64,000 nucleotides of DNA from contig NC_092671.1 in NCBI RefSeq assembly GCF_964355755.1, forward strand, positions 7,006,001 through 7,070,000, read 5' to 3'. The notes under the pieces were generated by a model. The model ran no database searches and was not told the origin of the DNA. It worked only from the letters and a program-made list of their open reading frames with translations. A program made the translations under genes and the position numbers. This stretch comes from Antedon mediterranea (Eukaryota; Animalia; Echinodermata). Positions 25,601 through 39,400 of this stretch are shown here, piece by piece. Numbering within the stretch: the first letter of the stretch is position 1; each line of letters starts with the position of its first letter.

Positions 25601-28600
25601 TTCTTCAAACGTTACCTGCGTTGACCACACATTGGCCATTAGCTCACGATGTGGATACTGCAAAAGAACAATTATTGTAATATCGTCATTTTACCTGGCG
25701 TTGTGTAAACGAATATAGGCCTAACGCAATAATTGTCACAAACATGCGTCACACCACGTCGACGTCATTGATTTCCACCCCCTTAACCTCTCAACATTAA
25801 ATATCAGTTCTCTATCTATATTTAATAGCAGTTAACCTTGCTATTTGACGCGTGACGTAATAAAGAGAGGATATAATCTAATCTAATCTTAGAAAACTTT
25901 AGGTGTAAGATGAATAAGCCCAGTTATAGGAAGCCAAAACAAATCATTTACCTGCCCACGGTATGTAAAATTCAAATTATCTTTGCCAAAAAACATCTCC
26001 GATGCCGTACGCATCGCTGGTATATCTGAACCAATCACTGACGTCGGTGAGGTTTTCTGTATCTTTTGAATTGTACAATTTCCATGATACAAATCTAATA
26101 TATGTGACACACCTAAAAACCATCCCAAAAGTAAATAGAAACATATTTTAAATATAATATATGATAGCAGTTCTTTGAGAAAAATAATCCTGAACAAAAT
26201 TGAGGGAGGGAAGGATATGTATCAACAATTATAATGTTCAAATTGACATGGATAACTACAGTAAGTGTATATATCAATTACCATACCGTATAGTTGATAT
26301 ACCAATAAGAGTATTATTATTGCATAGCAATTTCTCAATATTGTATACCTGTGTTGTAGTCATCTATATAGGAGATTGACACTGGACTGTTGTAGTCAAA
26401 CATATCAGCGTAATACTGAACAGAAGACTTCAAGTCAGTACGGATCAATTGGTACTCATAATCATAATATTGCTGCCAAATAATGCAAAAAGTATATTTT
26501 TTTTTAATGGAATCAATGATTTGTTAGTATCAGTATATAAAGTAGTAATATGGTTTTTTTTTATCTCAATAATGTATCTTTTGTGAACACTGAGTAGTAT
26601 TGCAATGGCTAAATTATTAATGATTATAAATTATCTTTTCTAGAGTGAGATTCAATCATTGCATATACCTAATAATTACATACATCAACATTTATAAATA
26701 CTGTATTTTTTATAAAAAAACTAACTATAAAAATTGAAGTAAAAAAAATCATAATCCAGCTGAAGAATTAATAAAAATTAATTCAATCTGGATTAAAAAC
26801 TAAGCGCTGGTAAAATAGTTGTAATCTTTAATTCATCTTCATCTAATAAAGAAAAGTTTAAAACAAATACAACCTTTAACTAATTAACACTTGAAGATCA
26901 ACTATTTGCTTACGTCATAATTATATTTATACTTCGCATTTGGTATGATTTCTTCCCCCTTGTAAGTGAAAGACAAAGGCGTAGTAGGCATTTCCAATTC
27001 ATTTTCGACTAAATCACCAGTACACACAGTTCCCGGTGGAATCTAAAATAAAGGATTATATACAAATATCAAGTTAATGGTAGTGATAATATTCTTCTTC
27101 AAGATAAAAGGTGGAATTAAAATTTTAAAAAGAAAGAAAACACCATTCCTCAGCTAAAATTAGAAATTTGTTCCTTAGGACGACACGTCGTCAATTTTGT
27201 TAATTGATTAGTTATGTTTATATCACTACATTTCCCTTCCTGATTTAATTAGTCAACTTTTTAAAGAGTTTAGTTATTTCTCATTTTAGGCTATAGGGAC
27301 TATACTTTTTTACAAACAAACATTTTGTTTACCAGGAATGGATTGTTTCCGTCTGTGTATACGTTGAATCTGAATGCGAAATAATCATAGATATGATCAA
27401 ATTCTTTCATCGTCTCCAGATTCGCCAAATCGATTCCTTTTCCACGAACATGTGTACGGACGAGCGTTTGTGGCCAATTGGTGGCGGTTTTGTATTCAGG
27501 TTTAGAGAAGTACCAGTCAATAGTAAATGTAGCTTGAATTTTTGGCCAGTAGACACATGACTGCCAGTGATTCACTGGCACACCTCGTATCACTGCTTCG
27601 CCTATGTAGTTTTCATTTCCTCTTAACCGTATGAGTGTACTTAAGGTAAAAATTCCATCAATCTTTCCTGCAGCTCCATAAGCAATAACTGAGCAAATAC
27701 TTCCTATTTCAATTTAAAGAATGATTATTGTTATCTTATATAACCTGCTAATTTAGTTTAAAAAACAAGAAAAAGAAATTGGAAGATAAGAAAAAAGAAC
27801 GAAAGAAAAAAACGAATATTTAAAAAAAGGAGTGAAAAATAAAAATAAGAAAAAGAAAAAAGAAAGGAAAAAACAAAAATAAATTAAAACAAGAAAAAAA
27901 ATATTTGAAGAAGAAAAACAAAAATTTAAAAAAAGAAAGAAAGACACAAATAAGGAAATCCCTTTAATAGTGGCGAGATAATGATAATATAAACAATAAG
28001 ATTACCTTGGATCCTGTACAAGTATTCGTAATTTAAATCAAAAATAAATTGTTGGTTCACGCCATCGTACGTGTATATAAAAGCGGCTTTATTATTCGTT
28101 CCATCGTAGTACTCGTCTGCTTCAAACTTGTAGGCCTCTCCCTCCAGGATCTTCCCTTCAATCTTGAGTTGATAGTTAGGTGGAAAAACTGGCATTGGCA
28201 TTGTGTTGTAGGGAACCTCTGGTTCACATACTGTCTTATCACCTAAAATCAAAAGTATATCAATTATGTTTTCTTTATTTGATATCTAATATATAACAAT
28301 TTGTAAACCGGAGACTTAATTAGAGCATTGTTTGTTGTTATAGGCCTATTTTTACGTTAATAGCAAATACATTATCAAAATATTGGTAGTAAAATATAAC
28401 AGGTAGGACAATTCATTCTCTATCTAAAAATGATTATTTGCTGGGTATATTTCTTTCATACTTTGCACCCAACGTAAAATTTAATTTTAAAGTGGAAGTC
28501 AGTAGACGTCTAACCTTTAAAGTCGATATGATCAGGAACAGAAACATCGTCACGAAGACTGTTTGGTTCGGCTTGAAATTGTAAAACCTTAGTAAAAGAA

Positions 28601-31600
28601 AACATCAATACACTATAAAGCACAATGCTCTAAGATTATGTGACATACCGTATGCTCTTCCTCAAATTTTATATAATATAATTATTGTATTGAAATTATC
28701 CCCATATTCTAATACTTATATAGACACAGTATTTCTCTGTTAGTTATATGATACTATTATTTATAGAAACATTTTGAACTTACGACAAGCTCTCCGTTAT
28801 CTATTGCTGTGCGAAGGTTTTCTATGCCCTCATCCAACGTTGTCTCAGAAACAGGATTGAGTGCACTGCCTTCTATTGGTGCGCGATTTGTCATTGTGAA
28901 TTCAACATACACTCTCGTAGTATCATGGTCAATCTGTAAGTACAACATGATAGGCCACTCAATTCTCAGTACTGTATCTCGATTTCTCCAGTATCATAGG
29001 GATATTCGGTAATGCAACATGTATCTCCTAGGACCTAATGTACCATAACCTAACACTGTCCCCTTACATGATACAGGCACCGATTCGTTTTTAACACGGT
29101 CTTATTTCTCCAATTATACTCTTATTTCATGTTTATTGCTTGTAATAATTATTATTCTTGTTATATTTTTCTTGCATATTGTTCAATTAATAAGTGACTG
29201 AATGAAGTATTTTATGAAGCAAGCACTGTACGTTTTTTACTATTATTAGAAAACTAAGAAGGGCGCTTCTCAAACAGAAAACGTATAGGTAAAGCTCTGT
29301 CTACACTAAATGGACATGATGATGTCATATCACTATCATATTTTGGAACATCACTACTATATTTGGACACATCACACTTTTTTGTCAAACTAGTTTGATA
29401 GTGTAGACAGAGCTTACTGCTCTTTAAACATCTTAAGTAACAATAAAGAATAAAATCAACAACACTATATAGGCCTACTATCTAGCAAACATAAAAAAAA
29501 GTCATACTTGCAAACTCTGAACTCTGATTGGTGAAATTTCAGCAGTTTGTGAAATTGTTATTTGCGTCAGTGAAATAAATTCTTGCAGATTAGAGATGTT
29601 TTCGTATTTTGCTTTAAAGATCCAAAGTGTATTTATTGTTAATGTAGCTTATACAAGCTTTTTTTACACGTTGGAATTCGAAAGGTTGAAAGGAATTCTT
29701 TGAAGCATTGTAATTGAGGCATTGGAAGACCGACATATAAGCCTACCTATGCTAATCTACTACAGTACACAATATATGCAGATTATTTACAAATGTTTAC
29801 CTTCAAAATAAAATTGAAGTCTAGCTTTATTTTCGCCGTCAAAGCAACGTCCGATGTCGAAGTTAGCTGTGTCGGGATGAATGTTGTTAAAGTCGAAATA
29901 GCTGTATTCGAGCGCTACTGGTGTACCCTATAAAAAAATAAAAAAAACTTTTTTATTTATTTTATTTTATATTAAAAAAATTTCTTCCAAGGATAATAAA
30001 TCGTTAACGTTACCTGAGTCGTGACATATGAAAGCCCAATGGGTATGTTTGTCATTTCTGCGTTACCCTCTGCAGTTGCCGTCCAATCATTCTAAAATTG
30101 GATTGAAAAAAATGAAACATATATTTAAATCTAACTTTAGGCAAAGTAGTGATTGAATGGAACAATATACTAATAGAGAACTTGAAAGGTTTAACGCCTA
30201 CATGGCAATTTAACATAAAGTCTATCTATACACAAACACATCAAACTCTTATTACGATATTTTGGTTAAAGCAATCAGGGTTCCGTTGAACAATTAATTC
30301 TACCGCTTTATGATACTGTGGGTTAAATCATGAGTCTATTTCTCATGACAATTTACAACTCCACTCCCAAAGACCTAATAATAAGTCTTTGTTTATGTAG
30401 AGCATCTTGTGTATATGTTTGTCTTGTGAAATTATTAAATAGTTTATCCATCCTGTAATTGGCGGGTTACTCGCTGTTGGATGAGTATGAAATAAAATAA
30501 AAAATAAAAAAAATAAAATAAAATATTGTTAAAAAGGTAATGCTTATGCACCACTATTTTATGTCTGAAATTGCAGTTTCAATTTCATTACTTCCTGGAA
30601 AAATATTTATATAATTATAGGCAAATTATAATAGTGGTGTCACGAAGATACACTTAATTCAAAATTGCGTATGATTACATTTTTTTTGTTTATTTGTTAG
30701 ACTATTAAGATGTATTATTGAGATAAAATTGCTTGATTTACCGTTGAAAAAAGCCAGTCAATTGTAACGTTGCCCTGTTCTTCTAAAATATCTGTGTATA
30801 TGTCACATTCTACGTCTCGTATAGGAGTCTGTATTAAGATAATAACATTCTAGATATAAATCATTTAATAACTTTTGACATTGTTTTAACTTTGAATATT
30901 TATTCTGTAAATGTTACCAAATTAGAACAACATTTAGTGCGCAGAGCTGAAGCCTATATGAATGGTTTCAAAATACGCCTTACCACACTCTTGTAGAAAT
31001 ATTCCGTGTCTAAGTAAAATAGTTCTGCAATTGTTGCCATTCGTACATTGCCACCTTGTCCCACAGGTCTACCCGATGTATCTGAGATTGGAATTGGTTG
31101 AATTGAACAATTCCCGTCTAGCTTATTGATAGTGTACGCAACACCTGTATAATGATATAATGATTCAACAATAGATAATTCATTATATTGTTTTAATAGT
31201 AGAACAACAACTAACTTACTAACTATAGAATAACTATATAACTCTGTAGCCACTGTCGATATTCAGAAGCTACAAAGAAGTCGGTTGTTATAAAAAAAAA
31301 ATCAGCAGAGATTAAAACATTTTAGTATTTTTTTGTCATTATAACTCAGTTAATTTGCAGGTGTTCACATCATAGATTACATCAATACATTATATAAATA
31401 GATACGGTAAATATTATAATAATTTGTTTCTTTATCTATACAGTGAAAAGAGAGATTCTGTGCGTTTATTCGTTATATATATTTTTTTAACATGACCGGA
31501 ATTTAGATTGCTTAGAAATACATATGAAAACCGCCCTGGGCGGTTATCTTTGCTAGTGTACAACCTGTGTTGAAGTCATCAATTCTTGTTGTAGGAACTG

Positions 31601-33502
31601 TTCCATAGTCAAAAGAATCAGATATCGGAATGTAGTCCACACGTGATAGATTCATACCATAGTCATACCATTCCTTGAATAGATATTAATGAATGGAACA
31701 TGAAGCAGTAACAATTAACAATAATCTGACGTACTCTTCTACGTTTTCACGTAAATCTAACAACAAATGCATACTTTTTCAAGGGTTTCCTTTTGTACAT
31801 ATATGCCTATATAATTTGATTTGAAAGATCGTATGATGCTTACCTCAATAGCCTATTGAATGTAAATTTAGGGTTTCTGCTAACTTGTTTTGTTAGATTT
31901 ATCAAGTTTAAGCTAAGACTATTTATTCTTTGAACTATTTGAAGTGAGGGGTGATCGATAAAAAGTTTAAAATAATAAACATTTTAACCTCCTGAAAAAA
32001 GAATTTAAAAAAAAATCTCGATTACTAACATCAATGTAAGTGAATACAGAGTACTGCGGTATTGCAAGTTCGCTTCTAATTTTAAACTGTTGAGCAATTT
32101 CTGGTAGTTGTCTTTGGTTTTGTGAATCTGGACAGTAGACGCCAAATGGTACCTACAACAGAACAAAACACGTAATATAAATGTTATCATCATTATAGTC
32201 CATAATCCATCCATACATTTTAAACAAAGTAAAACTAAATTCATTCTTACTCATTTTGTATTCAGGCGATCCATATTCAATCTGTCTATTATACGAACAT
32301 TAAGGATGCTACCAATTGTTATAACAATACCTACAATACCACTCAGCTGAAAATACCTTATTGGAAATTACTAGGGAGGAAAAGGCATAAAAAGACTCGC
32401 CACCCTAGAAAACGATACCTATTTTTCTTTATATTTAAGAACGTGTATAAGGCATAGTTATAATTATTATGGCAATGCTAAAATCAACACTTATTATAGC
32501 ATAAAACAAATACACAATTCTATTCAAACCTGGTATAAAAAATCGGGAATAAATCCCTGTGGACGAAACCAGATGTACTCCACAAAATATTCGTAATCTA
32601 CCATTTCTGTTGGTTTTCCTGGTGTTGTGTCGTTTAGGCCCCGTCCCATGATCTTTAAACGAACAGGGCGCTGTTGATTACCACCCGCCGTGTCGTAATC
32701 TTCAGATGAAAACTGAAATTCTGCTTGATATGTAGCGTTCACTGGTTCGTAATATATACATGTTTTCCACATATTTGTTGGTATACCGCGAGCATTGCCT
32801 TGTCCTATATACTCCCATTCGTTGAGATACAATCCAAAATTTGGAAGATCCACCAATACAATATTCTCATTCTGAATATTAATGTTTCGAATACCACCAA
32901 ACGCAGCGCCCGTGGCATTGAATCTAGTTGTAACGCAATCTGGATCTGATAAATACAATGACTAGTTATTAAACTTGACGCAGGCAGGCGTCACCCGAAA
33001 AAAACAAATGTGTTGTCTAATAAATAATTCTGAAATGATTATGGATTTATAAACTTGGGCCTTTGACACTGATTTTCATTTTTCTAAAATAAAACTATTT
33101 TATTTAATTTTAATTATGTACATTATTAATTATAAAGATTTTAGAAAATGAACTTGCAATAAAGGACGGGATTAAGGTATGCAAAAACCTATCAGTCTTA
33201 CAATGCATTGTGTATGCCTCTTGTTCGGCGTAGATGAGAACAAATTCGACACCGTTAACCCAGTATTGTGTTTTCATCTTTAAATTTTCTTGATCAACAA
33301 TTTGGTGCGCTTCAATAGACAAAGCGTACGGTTTGATTAAGTTTATTTCTAGTTTTGTTTCAAACGCAGGCTTGGGAAAGCGTGGAAACGGCTTAGACGG
33401 TGGGTTGTCGGGTGGTGTACAAATAGATGTATCACCTGGAAAATCATCACAGGTAGATAGTCCTATCAAATAAATCGCAAATACACATATATTCCTCTTC
33501 AT
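22615..33502 (-). CDS. Gene B: uncharacterised type I membrane protein, two tandem LolA/ependymin-like modules, ~1199 aa, 23 exons
   Basis: Module 1 exons 33502-33202, 32945-32530, 32152-32030, 31673-31565, 31144-30984, 30828-30742, 30091-30014, 29927-29801, 29611-29508, 28933-28784; linker 28587-28515; module 2 28242-28006, 27703-27333, 27042-26914, 26472-26349, 26112-25952, 25657-25553, 25364-25293, 25029-24897, 24102-23993, 23887-23690, 23233-23155; TM exon 22766-22615 (3600 nt). Signal peptide, motifs shared with gene A (RGIP..W, P.GV.C, DD(F/Y)NTGV, GNC, RM, ISPIR), TM AVIGVALGTCIIGILLAVAFMFYFA, tail KKKGDSNGKSSGGLPAQEILADTW*. Confidence 0.87.
23408..23530. mobile_element. MITE family H1, copy 7 (truncated)
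   Basis: tta|agctctgtctacactatc..atggacatgatgatgt..tcactaccatatttgggcacatcac. Confidence 0.75.
29293..29413. mobile_element. MITE family H1, copy 8 (internally deleted)
   Basis: taa|agctctgtctacacta...tagtgtagacagagct|ta. Confidence 0.85.
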
Positions 33503-34648
33503 TGTTTGTTGTTTTTTCAGCTATAAAAAGACAAAATAGAAAGCAATGAATGAGTGATGATTGAGTTTGAATTCAGAACACTGCCTCTAAATGGTAATTT
33601 CATATTGAATGTGTAGGCCTGAATGTTCAAATTATATATTCCAGTTGACAAAATAATGGAAAAAAAAACATTGAACTGTACATTAATAGTTATCTTCGTA
33701 TCCATCTTTTTTCGTTCTAATATTGGAGAAAATCGGAGACAATATACATCTTAGCTCATAAAATAATAAATACTCACAGACTGGCTGGATGAAAGGGCAA
33801 TGATAAGTTTCTATTTTAATTACAATTTATTGATTGATATTTCATTGAGTCAAGTATATAATTCTTTTAGAAATAATTAAAGAGCTTGAAGCAAATTATA
33901 GACTCTACCTCCCTAAGGAGATATTACTCAGTCATGGCCCCTGTGGGACGGTAGTACAACCCAGAAGTCAAGCACACTACAGTAGTTTTATGGAGAGTAG
34001 AGACAGTCGTATTTCATATATAGCCTTTCAGAACAGCAGATATCAAATAATGTTACTAAAGCTATTGTTAGTGGATACTTATTGCGTTTGAACAACTGCA
34101 CACGCCCGGTTTATCTCTGTAACGTTTTATTAAAGGAACAACATACCTTCTAAAACGGTTCCTATATAAATAAATACATGATTATTGTAGTCTTTAGGCC
34201 TATAATATATTTAACAAACCAACCTACCTTGTTCATTAAACACTAAAATGTGTGTAGTGATGTATAAAAATGGTCACATGTTATGATGTTAATCTGTCGA
34301 GGTAAATTCATTATTTGAATGTAGGAAATTGGAAGATCAAAGTACGACAAGTATCTTATCTGATAAACACAATCAGTTTTGAGATATTGAGTATTACACT
34401 GTGTAACTTAATAACTGTAGGCTCTAACCGAACAATATGTTTCACTCTATATAATAATATTTTAATTAGAAACTTTGAATATGTTAGGCATTACCAGCTA
34501 AACAGTGTCTATCTAAAGTAGTCTTGAATTAGAGCGGCGTTTAATTGACACACATCTAGCGAAGATTAATGTGTATTTACTTAATTACATTAGCAAATTG
34601 ATATAATACTAAGTACATTTGAGAATATTTGCGAAAAATCGCAAGTAA

Positions 34649-34720
34649 TTCTCGGGTGGGACTCAAACCCACGACCTCAAGATCACTAGCCTGGCGTTCA
34701 TACCTCTATACTACCGAGCT
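34649..34720 (-). mobile_element. tRNA-derived SINE head or tRNA pseudogene (Thr-AGT-like)
   Basis: Minus strand gctcggtagtatagaggtatgaacgccaggct-agt-gatcttgaggtcgtgggtttgagtcccacccgagaa: A/B-box-like motifs, acceptor and T stems pair, TTC changed to TTT. Confidence 0.6.
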
Positions 34721-34806
34721 TGCGCTGATGGCTAGTGGTTGGATTCGAGCCCAAGTAAGCAGCGGGTACTGCACCAACAGGGTTGTAATTGTGGAGTAGC
34801 TTTACG

Positions 34807-34878
34807 TCAGAAATTAAGCAACGTTGGGCCAAGTTGAGATTGGATGGGAGACCATCTGGGAATATCGAGTGCTCTATA
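34807..34878 (+). pseudogene. 5S rRNA-derived fragment (3' part), possibly the head of a 5S-derived SINE
   Basis: gaaattaagcaacgttgggccaagttgagattggatgggagaccatctgggaatatcgagtgctcta matches the eukaryotic 5S consensus GAAGTTAAGCAACGTCGGGCC.GGTTAGTACTTGGATGGG.GACCGCCTGGGAATACCGGGTGCTGTA with several substitutions. Confidence 0.8.
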
Positions 34879-35349
34879 TATGGAGCTGAGGTCCTATCAG
34901 GCTTTTGAAATCAGCATTGCTTATGGCAGCCCCTGCAAATAGATGTGCGTCAGACGTATTGGCCCATGCCTTTCCTCTGGTCAAGTTGGGCGCTGGTCGT
35001 ATGAAGCTCTTGATCAATGATAGAACCAACCAAGGTGCTTCATTCAGTATTCAGATGAATGTAAGACAATTGACATTGTGTCATTCGCTGGCCGTCAATA
35101 ATTAAATTGTAGACCTATACCTGCAAATACTGCAGTTGAAAAACCGTGAAAAAAAGTAAGTGTTTCCATGCATATAATTAACTTACTACACATTTTGAGA
35201 AAGAAATTGTAGCTTGCTTGTTTATAATATTTTATATTGTTATTGTTACACATATCTGATGTTTTGTAGTTTTTGTCATCTCTACAGTTATTATTAAAAA
35301 TGATATGTGGATAATTACGGTACCATATTTTGAATCTGGTGGTGGAACA

Positions 35350-35680
35350 AGTCTTCTCGGATAATGACTATAAACCGGTAGCTTAGACTGCTTTGTGCTT
35401 TCCTGTTAGCTAGTAACTATGATATAATTCTACTTGCGTCGTGTTTGTTTAATGTGTTTGATTTGTATTATATATTTTTGAAATGTATTCTTTGCCTGAA
35501 TAAATAATAATAACCGTAGGTCCAGTGTACACAGTCATAACCCAGTTTATCATATGAGATGAGTTGAGGGGTACCCCTGGTGAACTGGTTCACAAACTAA
35601 TAATCTGATAGGACAGTGATTTATTCAGTATTGGTAATCCTTGGCCACATGTGCCTAAAGACATAACAAAAATTAAATAA
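35350..35680 (+). mobile_element. SINE body remnant interrupted by a ~135 bp insertion
   Basis: ctcggataatgactataaaccg...aaccgtaggtccagtgtacac...gaggggtacccctggtg resembles the conserved central (Deu/Nin-type) SINE domain; A-rich tail. Family assignment is from memory. Confidence 0.4.
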
Positions 35681-35758
35681 TACAAGTATTGAGTGATTAG
35701 ATTGAATAATCAACATTTTTAATTGAGTAAAACCATCTTTTAAATAGATATGTTTTAT

Positions 35759-35790
35759 CATGGAGTAAAGAACTTATTCTTTACTCCATG
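35759..35790. mobile_element. 32-bp palindrome with 7-bp target-site duplication (P-element-type remnant)
   Basis: gttttat|catggagtaaagaa-ctta-ttctttactccatg|gttttat. Confidence 0.7.
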
Positions 35791-35900
35791 GTTTTATTAC
35801 CCTCATTTTTGTAATAATATAAATGACATACATCTCGAAAAAAACAATTGGAAAAAACGGCTTTCTTCGTACGTTTCTTCTCCAATGTGAATGCAGCATT

Positions 35901-36071
35901 CAGTGGCGTAACGGCTATTATGAGCGCTCACTGGCTAAACCCAGGGGCCCCGGAAGTTATGGGTGCCCCTGAGTAATGCCCAGAGAAAAACAAGCATTAT
36001 AATATGTAGAAAAAAGCTAAGAAAAACGAGGCCTCCTAAACCAGGGCCTCAAGCCTCTGCATTACGCTACT
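35901..36071. mobile_element. Degenerate hAT-like MITE
   Basis: cagtggcgtaa...ttacgctact termini, GC-rich ggggcccc interior, imperfect 8-bp flanks gcagcatt / cctgcatt. Confidence 0.4.
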
Positions 36072-36492
36072 ACCTGCATTAACACCCGAGTGTATCATAA
36101 AGTAATGTCATAAGTAACATTACCAAAGTTCCTACGAAGAGCAATAATAAACTGTTATTGTTTCGTTGTCGATATCAATTATTAAAACATATAATGATAT
36201 TATCTACACACAATAGAGATCATTTATATTATATTGAAAAATATCCTATTATTTCAGTTCATCAATTGGTTTAACATTCATTTAAAATTCTCCCAGTGTA
36301 TGTGTTTCATTATTCAAGTAGCCTGGGTTAAACATAGCCACACAAGAGTTTTCAATTGATCATTTCTCTTAACAAACCAAATCTTGAATCTTTCTGTTTT
36401 GGATTGAGAAATGGGAATATGATTTTAAACAATTTGTGTAAAGTTGGGCTAGTTATAATAGGAAAAGCTGCAATATAAAGATCTCAAATTCT

Positions 36493-39400
36493 TTATTGAG
36501 CAACGTCTTTCATTGTAAAACCAGACTCGTTAACCGATTCTCTATTTTTGAATGCGATCAAGAAGCAGACAAAACCACCAAGAAGAATACATAGAACACC
36601 CATGCCGATACCCATACCTATCACTGCACCTAAAAAGACAAATCGTGTGTAAATATTCACAAACTCTGCTTTTTAAATGAATGAACTTAATTTTAAAAAT
36701 TTACTTGATCATTTCAATCCATTAATATTGTTGATAATTATGTACACATTTTGGTAAATATTTTTTAGGATCAAGTGTTTGACAAGACAGAGGTTTAAGA
36801 ACCTGTGCTGTAAAAGGAGAAAAGACTTATGCAGCCTATAGGACATGGACATGAGAGGAAGTATGAAGGACATAAATAATACGAGCAACTTTAAAATACG
36901 TTATATTAGGCCTATACTATTCCTTACCTTGTGTGTATGTATCATCTTCTACGTCCACCGGTGATTGAAGACTACCTGATATTACGTATATGATATATTC
37001 CTATAAACAATAATTAACGTGTTTATATTAATGACATAATTTAATAACAAACATTAATCTAGTTAGTTTCTTTATTCAACTTCGATTGTTGTAAGAGTGG
37101 TGCTAAAAAATACCAGCTTTAACAGACACGTAAAGTAATAATTATCAGTTTCAAAATTATGATTATTTGAAATGTAATATTAATATTAATTGAAATGTGC
37201 TATAGGGAGTATAGAAAGTTTAATGGCTTCTTAAACGATTTGGGAATGGCAACTTACATCGACATATGCCCACCTCTCACATTATTAAAATGCATCAAAA
37301 TGACACTTAATAATATTATATATGCATATTTGAATATTCATCGTTATGGAGTTCATTATTTTGAAACTTCGAATCTTTGTTTGGATAAAAGTGTACATTG
37401 TGTTTTATTCCAATACTTAGTGGAACAAAGAATTGTGAATACTTACATCCTTCGATATCTGTCCTTCTGTATTATCAATTTTGTTAATCTTTGGCATCCT
37501 AATGATCATTTTACCAGTATTGATATTCTTTTGGAGTGTGTTACGTGCCACAGGAATACTAGGTTCGCTATTTCCAACATCCCCTTGAATAGGCGAGACG
37601 TCATGCAATGTAAATCTTATAAACGTCCGATCCTCTTTAATATTTAGCTAAAAAATAATAATTGATACGTGCGTAATAATTATCGTAAAATAAATTGTTT
37701 CGTGAAACTTTCCTTCTTCTGTGTTGTTTTCCGTATATCTGAGTGAAATATCTAATGGTTGCAACATGTAAAACAGAATAGTAGGCCTAAGTGATCTTTA
37801 TTTTTTTTAAACGTGTGGAATATGTGTTCATTGTGTGTTATTCTCATTTGTAAGGTTTAAATGATTCTACTGTCATTTACAACCATAGATATATTATAGT
37901 TCACTTCATATCTCTATGGTAGGACCTATTAATGCCTGAGAGATGCTCACGCGTCCGTAGGCCTGTATAGACCAATCATATCATATTAGACATTGTTTTT
38001 TATTTAACTCTTGCTTGTAATATTAATTTATACTTGAGTGTTTTCCATTTACTGACGCGTTGCCAGGGCGTGGTGTCAGCAAACTCAAAGCTTCGTCAGT
38101 TTCTTTGAGAAGTCTCGGAACATTATCCGACTAGCACCGCATGGAGGTAAAGATGAGAGCTATCTGTATAGTGCGTGTCTCTCATGCACACACAATAAAA
38201 GTTCTGCTTTATAATTAAAAACAAAAAACTCCAAACTAATTACAGAAATTATAAGGTCTCTAATTCAACATGAAGCTAATTTTGTTTTTATAGATAAAAA
38301 ACCGGATAAATACCTGAACGTCGGATATTCTTAAGTCACTGACATTACAATAAGTTGCTATGGCTTCTTGGGCTCGTTGGTAAAACACCAATTCGTCCTT
38401 GGTAATTATATCATTATAATGCCCTAGATAAAAACAAGTATATCATTATAATGCCCTAGATACAAACAAAATAGTTCGTTATGATTATAATTATTATATA
38501 ACGAGTCCTTAAAGGGTATCTCCGGGTTTCAAGTTTAATTTAATTATAACATATAAACCTTTGCAACAACATAGATAATCCTATAACTTAATATATAATT
38601 AATAATAATCCTAATGGTATTTTCTTATAACATTATGAACAAGGTCTGCGCCACTAATGCTTAGGCTATATCGCTGATGAAAAATAAGTGTTATCAGTGT
38701 AATTGTTAATTGCAAATATTTATATTTTATAATAAACAATATAGAAATTTATACTGACAAAAACAACAATATTTAGAGAAAGTGCAAATCAATCCCTTTT
38801 TCTTGATCTATGAAGTTGTGCCGGGGCAATCCGAAGGTAGCGGTTGTGGAGCAGCTTTCGAATGGCTATTATGAACAACTTGCGACATAGTAGTTAGTCT
38901 ACTCTAAATTTACTATTTTGTCCAACGCGTAAATCTTTGCTCTATATCGCGATGCTTTTTCTACCAATCACTGGACGGTAAATGTTTGAGCCACATTCGA
39001 TATTTTTCTGGTACTAACACTAATAAAATATAATTCTTACTAACTTGATATTTCAAATTGGAGATTATCGTAATTATCTGTATCCATACATTGCTGAGCA
39101 GTAAAATCATGGATAGATGGTTGTCGACAATTGAAATCGAATACTTGTTCCGTAAATATAATGTTACTGGCATTCTGTTTCAATATAAAAAATACAATAA
39201 ATTATTAAAAGAGAGAAGGATGACCATTCAAACGGGCGTAGAATACAAACATATTCTATGACAGTGAGGATTAAAATCTAGAAATAATCAAGAAATTATC
39301 CACTATAATATTTTAAACACGTTAAATATGCAACATTTTAAAAGTGTTAGCAAGTTCTGATCTTAACTAATGATACGGATGTATTGTAACAGCATTCATG

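Noticed and set aside
27753-27947. Hydrophobic Phe-rich ORF
   Set aside because: Translation of an intronic A-rich low-complexity tract.
30368-30391. caaagac..gtctttg mini-palindrome as another P-type footprint
   Set aside because: Only 24 bp and no flanking duplication.
37195-37647. 150-aa plus-strand ORF
   Set aside because: Antisense to gene C exon 24; no recognisable protein features.
38016-38244. Possible solo LTR (TGTAAT...ATTACA, internal AATAAA)
   Set aside because: No target-site duplication and no second copy in the window.
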